DNA from: an uncultured Gemmatimonadales bacterium
GTDB lineage: Bacteria; Gemmatimonadota; Gemmatimonadetes; Gemmatimonadales; Gemmatimonadaceae
Reading direction: 5' to 3'
Length of the DNA stretch: 64,000 nucleotides
Assembly: GCA_963850905.1 (NCBI GenBank)
Contig: CAWKMU010000003.1
Location: forward strand, 2,560,001-2,624,000
In this document: piece by piece, positions 35,531-45,396 of the stretch
Layout: each line of letters starts with the position of its first letter
Position numbering within the stretch: position 1 is the first letter of the stretch
The notes under the pieces: generated by a model
Told to the model about the DNA's origin: nothing
Seen by the model: the letters and a program-made list of their open reading frames with translations, nothing else
Databases searched by the model: none
Translations under genes and position numbers: made by a program

Positions 35531-35583
35531 GCCCCGCTAGCTGACCGGAGTTGTCCAACCTATGCCGCCTAACGGCGGATCAC

Positions 35584-36483
35584 TCACACGGCGCGAACGC
35601 TCAGGCCAGTGTTACGAAGCTCATGCAGCAGGCTGTCGGGCCCAGCGAGGTGATACAATCCCGTGATGACGAGCGCGGGCGTCTGATTCGCCAACATCGC
35701 GGTGAACCGCGGCACCCACGCCTTGTTCCGCTCCACGACCAGCTTCGGATATAAATCCGGGTAGCTCGTCTTGAATCCGGCCACTCGCGCATCGGCCGGC
35801 CCGCTATCACCGCGCGACCAGGCGGTGAAAATGCGCGAGTTTTCGGCCTCGCCTGCCAGGATCATGTCGAGCGAATAGCGGAGGAACTGCACATCCTGCT
35901 CGGGTGTCAGGCCGCCAAACCACGCGATCACATCGTCCTTCGTGGGAAACTCGCTCGACACGCGAACGTTTGCCGACAGCGCCTCGGCCACCAGGACCTT
36001 CTGCGCGGCGTCGGCCATGTGCATAACACTGTAGTAGGAATCCTCGAGGACACCCCCAGCCACCCAGGGACGATACGTCGCGAGACTCGCCACCGGAACG
36101 TGCGTAAGATCGGCGACCTTGGCCAGCCGCTGTTGATCGGTGCCCGTGAGCCAATTCGCGAGTGGGCGCGCCTGGTCCACCCCGTACCGCGCGATGAGGT
36201 CCTGAACCTTCTGCTTGTACACATCGTTGGTCTCGGTCCACACCACGGAACACTTGGGCACCAGCGCTTCGATCCGACTATCGTGCCAACTAACCGGACG
36301 CGGCGGCGTCTCCCCCATGAGATAGACGCGGTGGCCATTGCCCTCCACGGCATAGAGCGGCCAGCCATCCGCCAAGATTTCGCGGACTCGCCCCGTCCAG
36401 GTAACGCCAGTCAGCGCCGCCAATCCCAAAAGAAAATCCCGCCTCGACTGGCGGCTCGGGTGCTCTCGGAAAGGATCGGTCAT
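35584..36483 (-). CDS. TraB/GumN family protein, Tat-exported
   Basis: SRRDFL twin-arginine signal; VYLMG, RPW, LVVERNKAWV, G.YHLAGPDSL. Confidence 0.8.
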   Translation of the reverse strand: MTDPFREHPSRQSRRDFLLGLAALTGVTWTGRVREILADGWPLYAVEGNGHRVYLMGETPPRPVSWHDSRIEALVPKCSVVWTETNDVYKQKVQDLIARYGVDQARPLANWLTGTDQQRLAKVADLTHVPVASLATYRPWVAGGVLEDSYYSVMHMADAAQKVLVAEALSANVRVSSEFPTKDDVIAWFGGLTPEQDVQFLRYSLDMILAGEAENSRIFTAWSRGDSGPADARVAGFKTSYPDLYPKLVVERNKAWVPRFTAMLANQTPALVITGLYHLAGPDSLLHELRNTGLSVRAV

Positions 36484-36486
36484 GGC

Positions 36487-36729
36487 TCATAGATACGACG
36501 CCCGCTCACCGTCGGTTTCAGTACATGGTTCGTAGCCGCCCAGTACAGTGCGGACTTGGATCGAGCGCACCGGCGTCGGTGTCAGTATCGACCCCCGGTG
36601 AGTGGACAAGCGCGGAGGATTAGTCTGTGACTGGACCTCAAGCGCGCCGGAACCGATCTGAAGGAATTCGGCCCGTGCGTCTCGAAAGAGCAAGCGATGG
36701 CGCGGGTCGAGCCAGATGAGGCACGGCAC
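36487..36729 (-). other. Small ORF or gene relic, paralog 2
   Basis: IWLDPRHRLLF...RGSILTPTPVRSI. Confidence 0.45.
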
Positions 36730-36767
36730 GCCATAGGCTGACGGGCATACGACAGCCTAACGTCATC

Positions 36768-37094
36768 TCAAGTCGACGTAAGCTCCACCACGGGATTGAC
36801 GCGGGTCGTGCGGAACGCAGGTATGCTCGCTGCTGCTAGCGCTACCAGCGCGAACGCGGCGGCGACGCCGCCGAAGATCACCGGATCGTGCGGGCTGACG
36901 CCAATGAAGAGTCCCGCGAGCATGCGGGTTAGCATCCATGCGGCAACCGATCCCACCACGATCCCTGTACCGGTCAGCACCAGTGCTCGTCGCATGACAT
37001 CACTAATCACGTCTGTGTTCTTGGCGCCGAGGGCGATCCGGACAGCGATTTCTCGATGGCGCTGGGCGAGTGCGCGGCGGTGGAGGCGAACCAT
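36768..37094 (-). pseudogene. C-terminal fragment of FtsX/ADOP-type ABC permease
   Basis: QRHREIAVRIALGA...GVSPHDP...IPAFRTTRVNP; only the last ~100 aa are present. Confidence 0.75.
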
Positions 37095-37190
37095 GGTACA
37101 TGCTCACGCAAGATGGCTGCGTCTGGGACGAATTCTCGGTTTGAGACTTCCGCCCGGAGCGCGGTGGGGCATGGGCCGCTTGAGGGAAAA

Positions 37191-37730
37191 ATGATGCAGC
37201 TATCGGGCGACCTTTCTCAGGTTTCGATCTCATCGCCCCGACTGATTCTGAGATCCTCCACGGCGGCCGATGACGACGAGGTTTTCGTGGAAAGCAATGC
37301 CGCAATTGCCCGTTTCATGTCGTGGAATCCGTCGGCTTCGCGCAAAGAATTTGACGGAATTCGCAAAGCGATCTTGGCGCAGATGTTGGCGGGTGAGGGA
37401 CTGTCTTTGGCAGTACGCCTATCGTCGACGGGGGAATTTCTGGGCTCCGCTGGTTTGCATCCTGCCGACGCAGACTTGTTGGAGACAGGAATCTGGATCA
37501 AACAATCAGCGCAGAGGCGGGGATACGGTCGGGAGGCGGTTGCCGCAGTCGTGGCGTGGGCATCGCACAGATTTCGCCCATCGGGTCTACTTTGGCCCGT
37601 CGTGGACGACAACATTCCAAGCCGCAGATTGGTGGAATCTTTGGGTGGCCAAATTATCGGCTCGCGCCGGCGGCAGAAGGCGGGGGACGTTGAACGAACG
37701 CTGCTCCTTTACCGAATTCCGGTTGGCTAG
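37191..37730 (+). CDS. RimJ/RimL-type GNAT acetyltransferase
   Basis: PRLILR, ETGIWI, QRRGYGREA, NIPSRRLVESLG. Confidence 0.85.
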   Translation: MMQLSGDLSQVSISSPRLILRSSTAADDDEVFVESNAAIARFMSWNPSASRKEFDGIRKAILAQMLAGEGLSLAVRLSSTGEFLGSAGLHPADADLLETGIWIKQSAQRRGYGREAVAAVVAWASHRFRPSGLLWPVVDDNIPSRRLVESLGGQIIGSRRRQKAGDVERTLLLYRIPVG

Positions 37731-37781
37731 TTTCAGCGGTCCCGCCCGCCGGCATGGTTGCACCAACCACACTCCTTTCGA

Positions 37782-38303
37782 TCAGGAACTGGCCGAACTG
37801 AAGGAGCGGCGATCGGTAGCGGTCGCGCGTTGGTGGAGACACGTCGAGAGGCTCAACACCACGATGCAGGCCGCGGCCACCGCCGCCGACAGCGCGCCGG
37901 CGCGATCGCGGCGCACCCAGAGCGTAAGAAACCCGGCCACGGCGGCAATGATCCAGAACCAGAGCCCAGGCCCCACGAACATTGCCTGCCACACCCGCCC
38001 GCCGTTGTACAGCGTCCCGGCGAACACACCACCCACGACGGTCCCGAACAGGGCGACATAGAGTCCCGTCGCGATCGGACCGAACCGCGGGCGGAGAAAG
38101 GGCAGACTGCCCAACACCACGACCGTCGCGATCACTGGCAGCGACGCGTACGCAAGCATGAGCCCGCCCATCAACCCGCCGAGGATGGCGCCGCTAATCG
38201 TCCCGCCGCCCAACAGCCCGGCGACGACCGCCTCAATGGGAAACGCGGCCGCCATCACCGCCACCGCGATCCCCACGCTCACCCACCAGCGTCGTTGCGT
38301 CAC
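37782..38303 (-). CDS. Integral membrane hypothetical protein
   Basis: About five hydrophobic segments. Confidence 0.55.
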   Translation of the reverse strand: MTQRRWWVSVGIAVAVMAAAFPIEAVVAGLLGGGTISGAILGGLMGGLMLAYASLPVIATVVVLGSLPFLRPRFGPIATGLYVALFGTVVGGVFAGTLYNGGRVWQAMFVGPGLWFWIIAAVAGFLTLWVRRDRAGALSAAVAAACIVVLSLSTCLHQRATATDRRSFSSASS

Positions 38304-38405
38304 GCGCCCATAATAACAGAATCGCCCGCGCTCCCATACGCTGGCGATCCTGCCGTCATTGCTGGCCCAGTCGTTGGAGTAACCAGCTGGAATCCTCCGC
38401 TCGTA

Positions 38406-38816
38406 TCACGCAGGCAGCGGATGGGTGCCTTTCGCTGTGGAGTCAGCGATCCGTGCCCGCCAGAGTGCGATCACCCCGAGAGTGCCACTAACGGCGTTGA
38501 CCGCGCCGGCCATTGTGTTGAGTAGTCCGTGCGAGCCCTGCAGGATGGTTGCGAAATGATTCGCAGCGACAAGGAAATTCAACACCACGAGCGCGGTAAC
38601 GAGCAGTCTGCCGGCGACGGGATCCGCGCGACGTAACGTCCGCACGATCACGATGTACATGCTGAGATTCCAGAATGCGATCTCGCGCTGCCATCCCGGA
38701 GCGGCGCCCCATGGACTCATGGCCCCCAGTTGCGCGGGAAGGAAAAACAGGCCGAGACAAGACAGGGCTGTAAGGACAGCGAGTAGGAGCAGGTACGCGC
38801 GGACGAGTCTTCCCAC
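38406..38816 (-). CDS. Four-TM membrane protein
   Basis: AGGAGG RBS; PWG.APGWQREIAFWN and four hydrophobic helices. Confidence 0.7.
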   Translation of the reverse strand: MGRLVRAYLLLLAVLTALSCLGLFFLPAQLGAMSPWGAAPGWQREIAFWNLSMYIVIVRTLRRADPVAGRLLVTALVVLNFLVAANHFATILQGSHGLLNTMAGAVNAVSGTLGVIALWRARIADSTAKGTHPLPA

Positions 38817-38870
38817 GTTATCCTCCTGTCGGCGGTGAGGGAGGATTAATAGCGCCCTCGTGAGAAGCGA

Positions 38871-39338
38871 TCACGCGCCCGGCGCGGCCTGTTCCTCATA
38901 GAACGCTGTGATGAGAGCCGCTACCAACATCTCCGCCCGCAACTCGGCGCGTCCGGGGTAATGACGGCCCGTGCCATCCCAGACTTTGCGAAACGCGGTC
39001 ACGAGCTGCTCGACCGGCAGGCCGTCGGCCCGCGCTTGGTGCACGATCCGGCGGATAATGCTGGAGAGGCGTCGCCGGTCCGGGTGGTGAGCGCGTGCTG
39101 GCGCCACGTCGGCGCGCAGCTCATCGATCGCGCGTTCCAGCGCCCGAGATCGGGCCGGACCTTCCGCTCCCGAATGCCCTGGACCCTTCGTCGCTTCGGT
39201 CTCGTCCACGCTTGGGTCCCGGTTAGCGTGGAGCACGTGGACGCGACTGGAACGCCTGGCGCTCGGAAGGTTGCCCAAGACGTCTGGTTCTGAGAGGAAC
39301 GCACGTTGTGAACCACAGGCGGGCGCCGCGTCCCGCAC
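38871..39338 (-). CDS. Small helical hypothetical protein, tandem paralog 2 (true start probably downstream)
   Basis: QARADGLPVEQLVTAFRKVWD...LVAALITAFYE. Confidence 0.65.
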   Translation of the reverse strand: MRDAAPACGSQRAFLSEPDVLGNLPSARRSSRVHVLHANRDPSVDETEATKGPGHSGAEGPARSRALERAIDELRADVAPARAHHPDRRRLSSIIRRIVHQARADGLPVEQLVTAFRKVWDGTGRHYPGRAELRAEMLVAALITAFYEEQAAPGA

Positions 39339-39359
39339 TCTGCTCGAACCTCGGCCACG

Positions 39360-39713
39360 TCAGACGGGGGATCGCGTCGCACCCGGGTCATGTTCGTAGT
39401 AGGCGGTAATCAAGGCGCTGACCACACTCCAGCGGATCTCGTCGCGTCTCGACTCTCGGGCGTGGCCCGCTCCGGGTAGGTTATCCCAGACGTGGGCAAA
39501 CGCCACCACGGCCTGCTCCGCCCGGAGGCCGTCGATCCGCGCTTGTTGGGCGACCCAATGAATGAGATGCGGCATGTGTCCATCGAGATTCGCATCGGTG
39601 AGGTGCTGTGTGATCTCGTCGCGGAGGTCGCCGAGAGTGGCTGTGAGTGCGGCACTCAACGGCTGATGCGCGCGGGTCCCACCACTCGGGTGGTTCGGTC
39701 CTGTCGCGTCCAT
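39360..39713 (-). CDS. Small helical hypothetical protein, tandem paralog 1
   Basis: QARIDGLRAEQAVVAFAHVWD...VVSALITAYYE. Confidence 0.7.
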   Translation of the reverse strand: MDATGPNHPSGGTRAHQPLSAALTATLGDLRDEITQHLTDANLDGHMPHLIHWVAQQARIDGLRAEQAVVAFAHVWDNLPGAGHARESRRDEIRWSVVSALITAYYEHDPGATRSPV

Positions 39714-39811
39714 TGTCGGGGTCCGTCACGGGTACCGCGAGCAAGAAGCCATCAGGATGCTGCGGCGCGGCAGAGGGCTCGCGGACCCAGAGTGGCGATT
39801 AGGACAATATA

Positions 39812-39876
39812 CTATTGAGCACAATTAAATGCTAGTGGGCATAATTAACAGCTATTTGATTGAGCACAAGTAAATG
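39812..39876. promoter_or_regulatory. AT-rich array of three ~20-bp direct repeats
   Basis: CTATTGAGCACAATTAAATG / CTAGTGGGCATAATTAACAG / ATTGAGCACAAGTAAATG. Confidence 0.65.
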
Positions 39877-39974
39877 GGATGTGAATGCCAGCGCCCGTAC
39901 CACGATCGTCGAGGACGGGTGGTGCAGACACTGATCGACGAGGCGGCCATGACGCCCGAAAAGCCCCGTTGGGT

Positions 39975-41390
39975 TCATTTCCCGGCGTGCACCGGTTGCG
40001 CTGGCGGCGCAGGTGGCGGCGCGGGTAACGGCTCGAACTCGTGCTCGGGAATCGCGAACCCCTTCGCGAAATCGGGATCGCCCTCGTCGCCCAGTGCGCG
40101 CTCCGCCACATATTGTCCCATCACCGGTCCGAACTTGAAACCCTCGGCGTTGCCGCCGCCCGCGATGAGCAGGTTGGTGATCTGCGGGTGCCGCGTGACA
40201 ATGAAATTCCGACTGGCGCTGATCTCGTAATGGCAGGCGTGCGTCAGGAGTAGCGGGGCATCCGCGAGCAGTGGGAAGCGGTGCGCCACGAACCGCCGCG
40301 GGCCCGCGATCTGGGTGTCCGCCGACCAGCGGTCGCTCAGATCGGGATCGAGTTGCGCCGGAGGGACGGGCGGTCGCTGGGACGGACCGCGCCGCGGCCC
40401 CGGCGCCCGCTCGCTCCCCCGCACCCGAAAACCGACACTGTCCACCGGGAGCGCCGCCCATCCAGTGACACCCGGGAAGTTGTAGCTGGGGAGGTTGGGA
40501 TACGTGAACCGCTGATCGTTCACCGGCGTGCCGAAGTAGCACACGTAGCCGAGCGGCGTCACCATCTTCTTGCCGAAAATCTCCGGGAACGTCTTACCTA
40601 ACCACGGTCCGGGCGCGAACACGTACGACTCGGCGCGCAGCGTCTGGCCGGTGTCGAGCGTGACCTCGGAGATGCGCCCCGATGTCGCCCGCAAGGGAAG
40701 CTGGACGCGTCCGATGACGATCCGGCCGCCCAGCCGCTCGAAGGCCGCAGCCACCGCCTGGCACCCGCGCCGCGCGCGCACCACGCCGGCATCGGGTTCG
40801 TACATCACGACGTTGATGTCGTCGATGGAGAAAACGGGGAACTCCTTCGCCACGTCGCGTGCGTCAAGCACCTGGTACGGGATGTGGTGCTTGTCCCACC
40901 ACTTCTTGGTGTTGATCAGGAACGGCTCCCAGTCCTCGCGGAACATGAGGTCGCCGGTCGTGTGAAACAGGTTGAGGCGCATGTCGCGGCCCCACTCGTC
41001 GTCGAACGCGCGCCAGCGCTTCATCGCCTCGCGCGCCCACAGCATCCACAATTCCTGCTTGTCGGGGTCGCGATCGCCGTACGACGAGCGCACGCCGCGG
41101 CTTTCGTCGCCCGACGTCGCGCGCGCGTTGCCGGGACCGTACGCATCCACGAGCGTGACCTTCGCGCCCATACGGCGCAGGTGGAGCGCGGTCCATCCGC
41201 CCCACACGCCGGCACCGATCACGATGATGTCGGGTGACCCGCCGACGAGCGGGATGCGCCGGTGCGGCCGGATGCCAGGAACGGCCGGATTCTGCGCGTC
41301 CGCCGCGCAGCCGCCGAGCATGAGGAGGCCGGCACTCGCGCCGGCAACTTTCAGGAACTCGCGGCGGGGGAGCCCGGAGTTCTCGGCCAT
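39975..41390 (-). CDS. Tat-exported FAD-dependent amine/sarcosine oxidase-like lipoprotein
   Basis: PRREFLK Tat motif, LGGC lipobox, IVIGAGVWG, SGDESR, ACHYE, GFKFGP. Confidence 0.85.
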   Translation of the reverse strand: MAENSGLPRREFLKVAGASAGLLMLGGCAADAQNPAVPGIRPHRRIPLVGGSPDIIVIGAGVWGGWTALHLRRMGAKVTLVDAYGPGNARATSGDESRGVRSSYGDRDPDKQELWMLWAREAMKRWRAFDDEWGRDMRLNLFHTTGDLMFREDWEPFLINTKKWWDKHHIPYQVLDARDVAKEFPVFSIDDINVVMYEPDAGVVRARRGCQAVAAAFERLGGRIVIGRVQLPLRATSGRISEVTLDTGQTLRAESYVFAPGPWLGKTFPEIFGKKMVTPLGYVCYFGTPVNDQRFTYPNLPSYNFPGVTGWAALPVDSVGFRVRGSERAPGPRRGPSQRPPVPPAQLDPDLSDRWSADTQIAGPRRFVAHRFPLLADAPLLLTHACHYEISASRNFIVTRHPQITNLLIAGGGNAEGFKFGPVMGQYVAERALGDEGDPDFAKGFAIPEHEFEPLPAPPPAPPAQPVHAGK

Positions 41391-41453
41391 GACGTCGCCC
41401 TTGGTGAGGTTGTGCAAACATGTCGAGGGCGCGCGCCGAGGTCAAACGGCGCC

Positions 41454-41506
41454 GTGTCATCCCGAGCGCAGCACAGTGTCATGCCGAGCTTCGCTCGGGA
41501 TGACAC
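41454..41506. repeat. TGTCATCCCGAGCG-type palindromic repeat element
   Basis: Perfect 15-bp IR GTGTCATCCCGAGCG / CGCTCGGGATGACAC with an internal partial duplicate. Confidence 0.8.
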
Positions 41507-41581
41507 CTTCGACCCTACCGACACCCGACACCACGCGTAGATTGGTGCCCGTCGCCGAAGCTACCAGGCGGAGGAGGTTCG

Positions 41582-42112
41582 ATGCGCGTACAACGCCCGC
41601 TCGTTGCCGTCGCTCTCGTGTGCTCGCTCGCCGCGTGCAGCGGGGAGAAGCCATGGCACGATCCGCTCGGCGCCCACATGGCCCACGCCGTCTATCAGCC
41701 CGGTTCGCCCCTCGACCTGCGTCCCGGTCCCAGCCCCGAAGCGGTGAGCGCTCTCAACGCATCGTTCCCCGCCGCGACGTACAGCGCTGACCAGGCATCG
41801 GCCGGCAAGCAGATCTACGATTCCACGTGCGCCCACTGCCACCCGAGCGGCCAGCTCGACGGCGCCACGTTCTCCAACACATGGAAGAACCGGCGGCTGT
41901 ACGACCTCTATTCGCTCATCAGCAACACTATGCCCCAGGACCGGCCGGGAAGCCTGTCGGACACGCAGTACGTGAACGTGATCGCGTACCTCCTGCAGCG
42001 TAATCAGGTCCCGAGCGGCGCCGCGAAGTTGAACATCGACACGTTGGGCATGAAGAAGCTTCGCATCGACGTCGGCGGAGCCGCTGCCGCCACGGCTTCT
42101 GGAGGCCAATGA
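41582..42112 (+). CDS. Mono-haem cytochrome c lipoprotein
   Basis: GGAGG RBS; LAAC lipobox; CAHCH; TMPQDRPGSL. Confidence 0.88.
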   Translation: MRVQRPLVAVALVCSLAACSGEKPWHDPLGAHMAHAVYQPGSPLDLRPGPSPEAVSALNASFPAATYSADQASAGKQIYDSTCAHCHPSGQLDGATFSNTWKNRRLYDLYSLISNTMPQDRPGSLSDTQYVNVIAYLLQRNQVPSGAAKLNIDTLGMKKLRIDVGGAAAATASGGQ

Positions 42113-43164
42113 TGCGTGCCCTGAGGCCGCGCTTCGCGGCCCTGCTCGCCATCGGAGCGCCGCTCACGCTCGCGGCACAGGCGACGATGCAACCGGTGAA
42201 CGACCTGCCCAATCCCTATCGCACGATCGAAGGCTGGGCGACGCTGCCCGAGGGGCGCTCGTGGGGCTCCACGAGCGCGGTGGCGATCGATCGCGACGGG
42301 CGGAGCGTGTGGGTCGCCGAACGCTGTGGCGCGAACGGCTGCGCCACCTCGTCCCTCGACCCGGTCCTGGAGTTCGATGCGAACGGGAATCTCGTGAGGC
42401 ACTTCGGCGCCGGACTCATGGTCTCGCCGCACGACATCTTCGTCGATCGCGACGACAACGTGTGGGTCGTGGACTGCGCTTGCACCTATGGCCGGGACGG
42501 GCCGCCCATACAATCACCGCCACGGGGCCACCAGATCTTCGAGTTCAGCCACGAGGGCAAGCTGCTGCGCACCCTCGGCGTGCCGGGCGGGAGCCGCGAC
42601 TCCCTGTTCTTCCAGCCCAACGCCATCTATGTCGCGCCGAACGGCGACTTCTTCGTGGCCGAGGGCCACTCGTCGGCGCCCGGCAGCGTCGCTCGACTGT
42701 TCAAGTTCTCGAACGACGGAAAGCTGATCAAGACATGGGGCTCGTTTGGCAGCGGACCCGACGATTGGGATCAGCCGCACGCCTTGGCCATGGACTCACG
42801 CGGCCGCTTGTTCGTCGGCGATCGCGGCAACAACCGCATCAAGATCCTCGATCAGGATGGCAACCTGCTCGACACGTGGTACCAGTTCAGTCGCCCGAGC
42901 GGGATCTGGATCGACGCGCACGACAACATTTACGTCGGCGATTCCGAGTCGGGCTCGGTCGGTTCCGGCCGCTCGCGCCTGTGGAAGCGCGGCATCCGCA
43001 TCGGCAGCGCGAAGACGGGGCAGGTGACCGCGTTCATTCCCGACCCCGTCGAAAACGCCACCAACACCAGCGCCGCAGAAGGCGTGGCTGTGGATTCGCG
43101 CGGCGTGATCTACGGCGCCGAGGTGGGGCCGAAGGACGTCAAACGGTATGAGAAAAATCCGTAG
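42109..43164 (+). CDS. NHL-repeat (PAL-like) secreted protein
   Basis: Signal peptide; PHDIFVD, DQPHALAMDSRGRLFVGDRGNNRI. Confidence 0.85.
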   Translation: MMRALRPRFAALLAIGAPLTLAAQATMQPVNDLPNPYRTIEGWATLPEGRSWGSTSAVAIDRDGRSVWVAERCGANGCATSSLDPVLEFDANGNLVRHFGAGLMVSPHDIFVDRDDNVWVVDCACTYGRDGPPIQSPPRGHQIFEFSHEGKLLRTLGVPGGSRDSLFFQPNAIYVAPNGDFFVAEGHSSAPGSVARLFKFSNDGKLIKTWGSFGSGPDDWDQPHALAMDSRGRLFVGDRGNNRIKILDQDGNLLDTWYQFSRPSGIWIDAHDNIYVGDSESGSVGSGRSRLWKRGIRIGSAKTGQVTAFIPDPVENATNTSAAEGVAVDSRGVIYGAEVGPKDVKRYEKNP

Positions 43165-43182
43165 AGACCTAGGCGTCTAGCG

Positions 43183-45396
43183 TCACGGCAGTTTCAGCGC
43201 CATCAGACTCGTATGCGCACCCTGCCCGGTGGCGAACACAATGTACTGCTTCCCCTGGTGCATGAACGTCATCGGCACCGCGGTCGTGCGCGACGGGACC
43301 TGCACCGCGCCCACCTGCTTCCCCGTCTTCTTGTCCAGCGCGAACAGCTGTGACGTCGGATCGGGGCCCGTGGCCGGCGCGCCGCGCGCCCTCCCGCCGC
43401 CGCCCAGGCGTCCCGTCCCGTAGATCACCAGCGTCTTCGTGGTGATCACCTCCGGCTGACCGTTGAACACGGGCACCGGCGGCAGATCGACTCCGGAAAA
43501 CAACGGGTCTGTGGTCTCCGGCTTCGCCATCACGCCCGCGTTAGCCATCCACCATGCCTTGTCGCCGCTGTTCAGATCGTAGCCGGTGATGCCACCGAAC
43601 TCCCGCGGCTTGAGGATCGACACGCCGCCGATCGTCGTGGGCACCCGAGCACCGAACGCGGGCCGCGAGAAGAGCTCGGTGTCGGGCACGTAGTTCGCGG
43701 GCTTGGGGAGTGCGCCGATTAGGCCGCAACTGTTGTGCACTTGGCTGTACTGGAACTCGGAGCAGGGATCGTGCACGATCTCCATTGTGTTGAGCCCCGT
43801 TTGCGCCGCTACGTAAAGCATGCCCGTCGTCGGATCGGCCGCCGCACCGCCGTCAATGTTCACGCCGCCGCTCGCGCCCGGTGCATACCACGAGCAGTCG
43901 TAGTGACTCGGCCCCGATCCGTCGGCGGATGACGCGGGGATGTAGTACGGACCCATGCGGCACCGTTTGGCGAGCTTGAGCGCCGAGTCCTTGATCGCCG
44001 GCGTGTAGTCGATGAGATCGGATTCCTGCAATCCCTGCTGCGCATACGGCGCCGGCTTGCTGGGAATCGGCTGGGTGGGCCAGCTCTCTTCCCCCGGTAC
44101 CTCGCTCTTCTCGACCGGCGTCTCCGGAATCGGCCAGATCGGCTGTCCCGTCACCCGATCGAGCACGTAGACCCACCCCTGCTTCGTCGTCGCGGCGATG
44201 ATCTTCCGCAGGCGACCATCGACAGTGACGTCGAGGAGGTTGGGCGCCATCGGGAAATCGTAATCCCATATGTCATGGTGCACGGCCTGGAAATTCCATC
44301 TGCGCTGTCCGGTCTTCACATCAATCGCGACAATGTTGTTCGCGAACAGATTCTTACCGGGACGAAGGCCGCCGTATTCGTCGTTGAGTCCCTCGCCCAC
44401 GGGAATGTAGACCAGCCCCAGCGCCGGATCGGCGGTGTACGTGGCCCACGCGTCTGCCTTGCCGACGCCCGCCGTGCCGATCTTCGTGCCGTTCTTCCAG
44501 GTCTCAGTGCCGAACTCGCCGGCCTGTGGGATGAGATTGAATTTCCAGAGCTGTCTACCGGTGCGCGCGTCGAAGCCGCGGATGAAGCCGGGCACGTTAC
44601 GGATACGCAGGGGGAAGTACCCGTGGATGGCGGAGTTGCCCACGACGATCACGTCGTTCACGATGATCCCCGGCGAGCTGCTGGCGATCTGTCCCAGCGC
44701 CGGATCGATGCCGATCGTGCCGTCGGCGCCGGTCTTCGTCGTCGAGTCCCACTTCTCGCCCGGACGGGCTTTGCGCGCCGGCGCAGCCTCGGAGATGATG
44801 AGCGGACCGGAATCGTCCACGGCGAGCGGTACGAGTGGCAGGCCGAGTCCCGCCTCGAGATCCACGACCCCGTTCTTGCCGAAGCTCGGATCGAGCTTGC
44901 CGGTCGTCGCGTCGATCGACGCCAGGTGGTAGCCGGGCGTGATGACGATCACGCGCTCGGCACTGCCGTCGGTCCAGTACATCAAGCCACGGCCAGAATA
45001 CCGGCGAGGAGCCTTCTGCCACCGTATGCCTTCGTCCATGCGCCAACGCCAGAGCAGTTGGCCCGTAGCCGGATCGAGAGCGACCGCGTCGCGATGTTCC
45101 GTGGCCACCGTGAACAGCCTGCCGTTGGCGTAGAGCGGCGTGCTCCGGTAGTACTCGTCCACGCCGTATTTCCCGGCGTCCCACTGCCAGGCGACCTGTA
45201 GCGAGTTGAAGTTCGAGGCGTCGATCTGGTCGAGATCGGAGTAACGCGTGCTCCAGGCGTCAGCACCCCAGAAGCGCCATTCACCGGGCTTGTTGCCGCG
45301 CTCCAGCCCCGCGGGGTTTTGTGCGCCAACGGCGTTCGCGGCGAAGAGCCCGAGGCCGCCGAGCACGGCGAGGAGACTCGTGGTGCGCGAAATCAT
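43183..45396 (-). CDS. PQQ-dependent (glucose/quinate-like) dehydrogenase, secreted
   Basis: TRYSDLDQI...LQVAW, STPL, GRGLMYW, HHDIWDYD, GGVN, PMTF..GKQYIV. Confidence 0.9.
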   Translation of the reverse strand: MISRTTSLLAVLGGLGLFAANAVGAQNPAGLERGNKPGEWRFWGADAWSTRYSDLDQIDASNFNSLQVAWQWDAGKYGVDEYYRSTPLYANGRLFTVATEHRDAVALDPATGQLLWRWRMDEGIRWQKAPRRYSGRGLMYWTDGSAERVIVITPGYHLASIDATTGKLDPSFGKNGVVDLEAGLGLPLVPLAVDDSGPLIISEAAPARKARPGEKWDSTTKTGADGTIGIDPALGQIASSSPGIIVNDVIVVGNSAIHGYFPLRIRNVPGFIRGFDARTGRQLWKFNLIPQAGEFGTETWKNGTKIGTAGVGKADAWATYTADPALGLVYIPVGEGLNDEYGGLRPGKNLFANNIVAIDVKTGQRRWNFQAVHHDIWDYDFPMAPNLLDVTVDGRLRKIIAATTKQGWVYVLDRVTGQPIWPIPETPVEKSEVPGEESWPTQPIPSKPAPYAQQGLQESDLIDYTPAIKDSALKLAKRCRMGPYYIPASSADGSGPSHYDCSWYAPGASGGVNIDGGAAADPTTGMLYVAAQTGLNTMEIVHDPCSEFQYSQVHNSCGLIGALPKPANYVPDTELFSRPAFGARVPTTIGGVSILKPREFGGITGYDLNSGDKAWWMANAGVMAKPETTDPLFSGVDLPPVPVFNGQPEVITTKTLVIYGTGRLGGGGRARGAPATGPDPTSQLFALDKKTGKQVGAVQVPSRTTAVPMTFMHQGKQYIVFATGQGAHTSLMALKLP

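Noticed and set aside
33370..38850. Intact integron or attC array
   Set aside because: Only isolated GTTAGGC cores; no paired R''/R' boxes with a stem and no intI
33274..39000. Bounded island integrated at tRNA-Leu
   Set aside because: Downstream genes look accessory, but I found no duplicate of the tRNA 3' end and no integrase
39812..39876. Mini-CRISPR
   Set aside because: Repeats are adjacent with no spacer-length gaps
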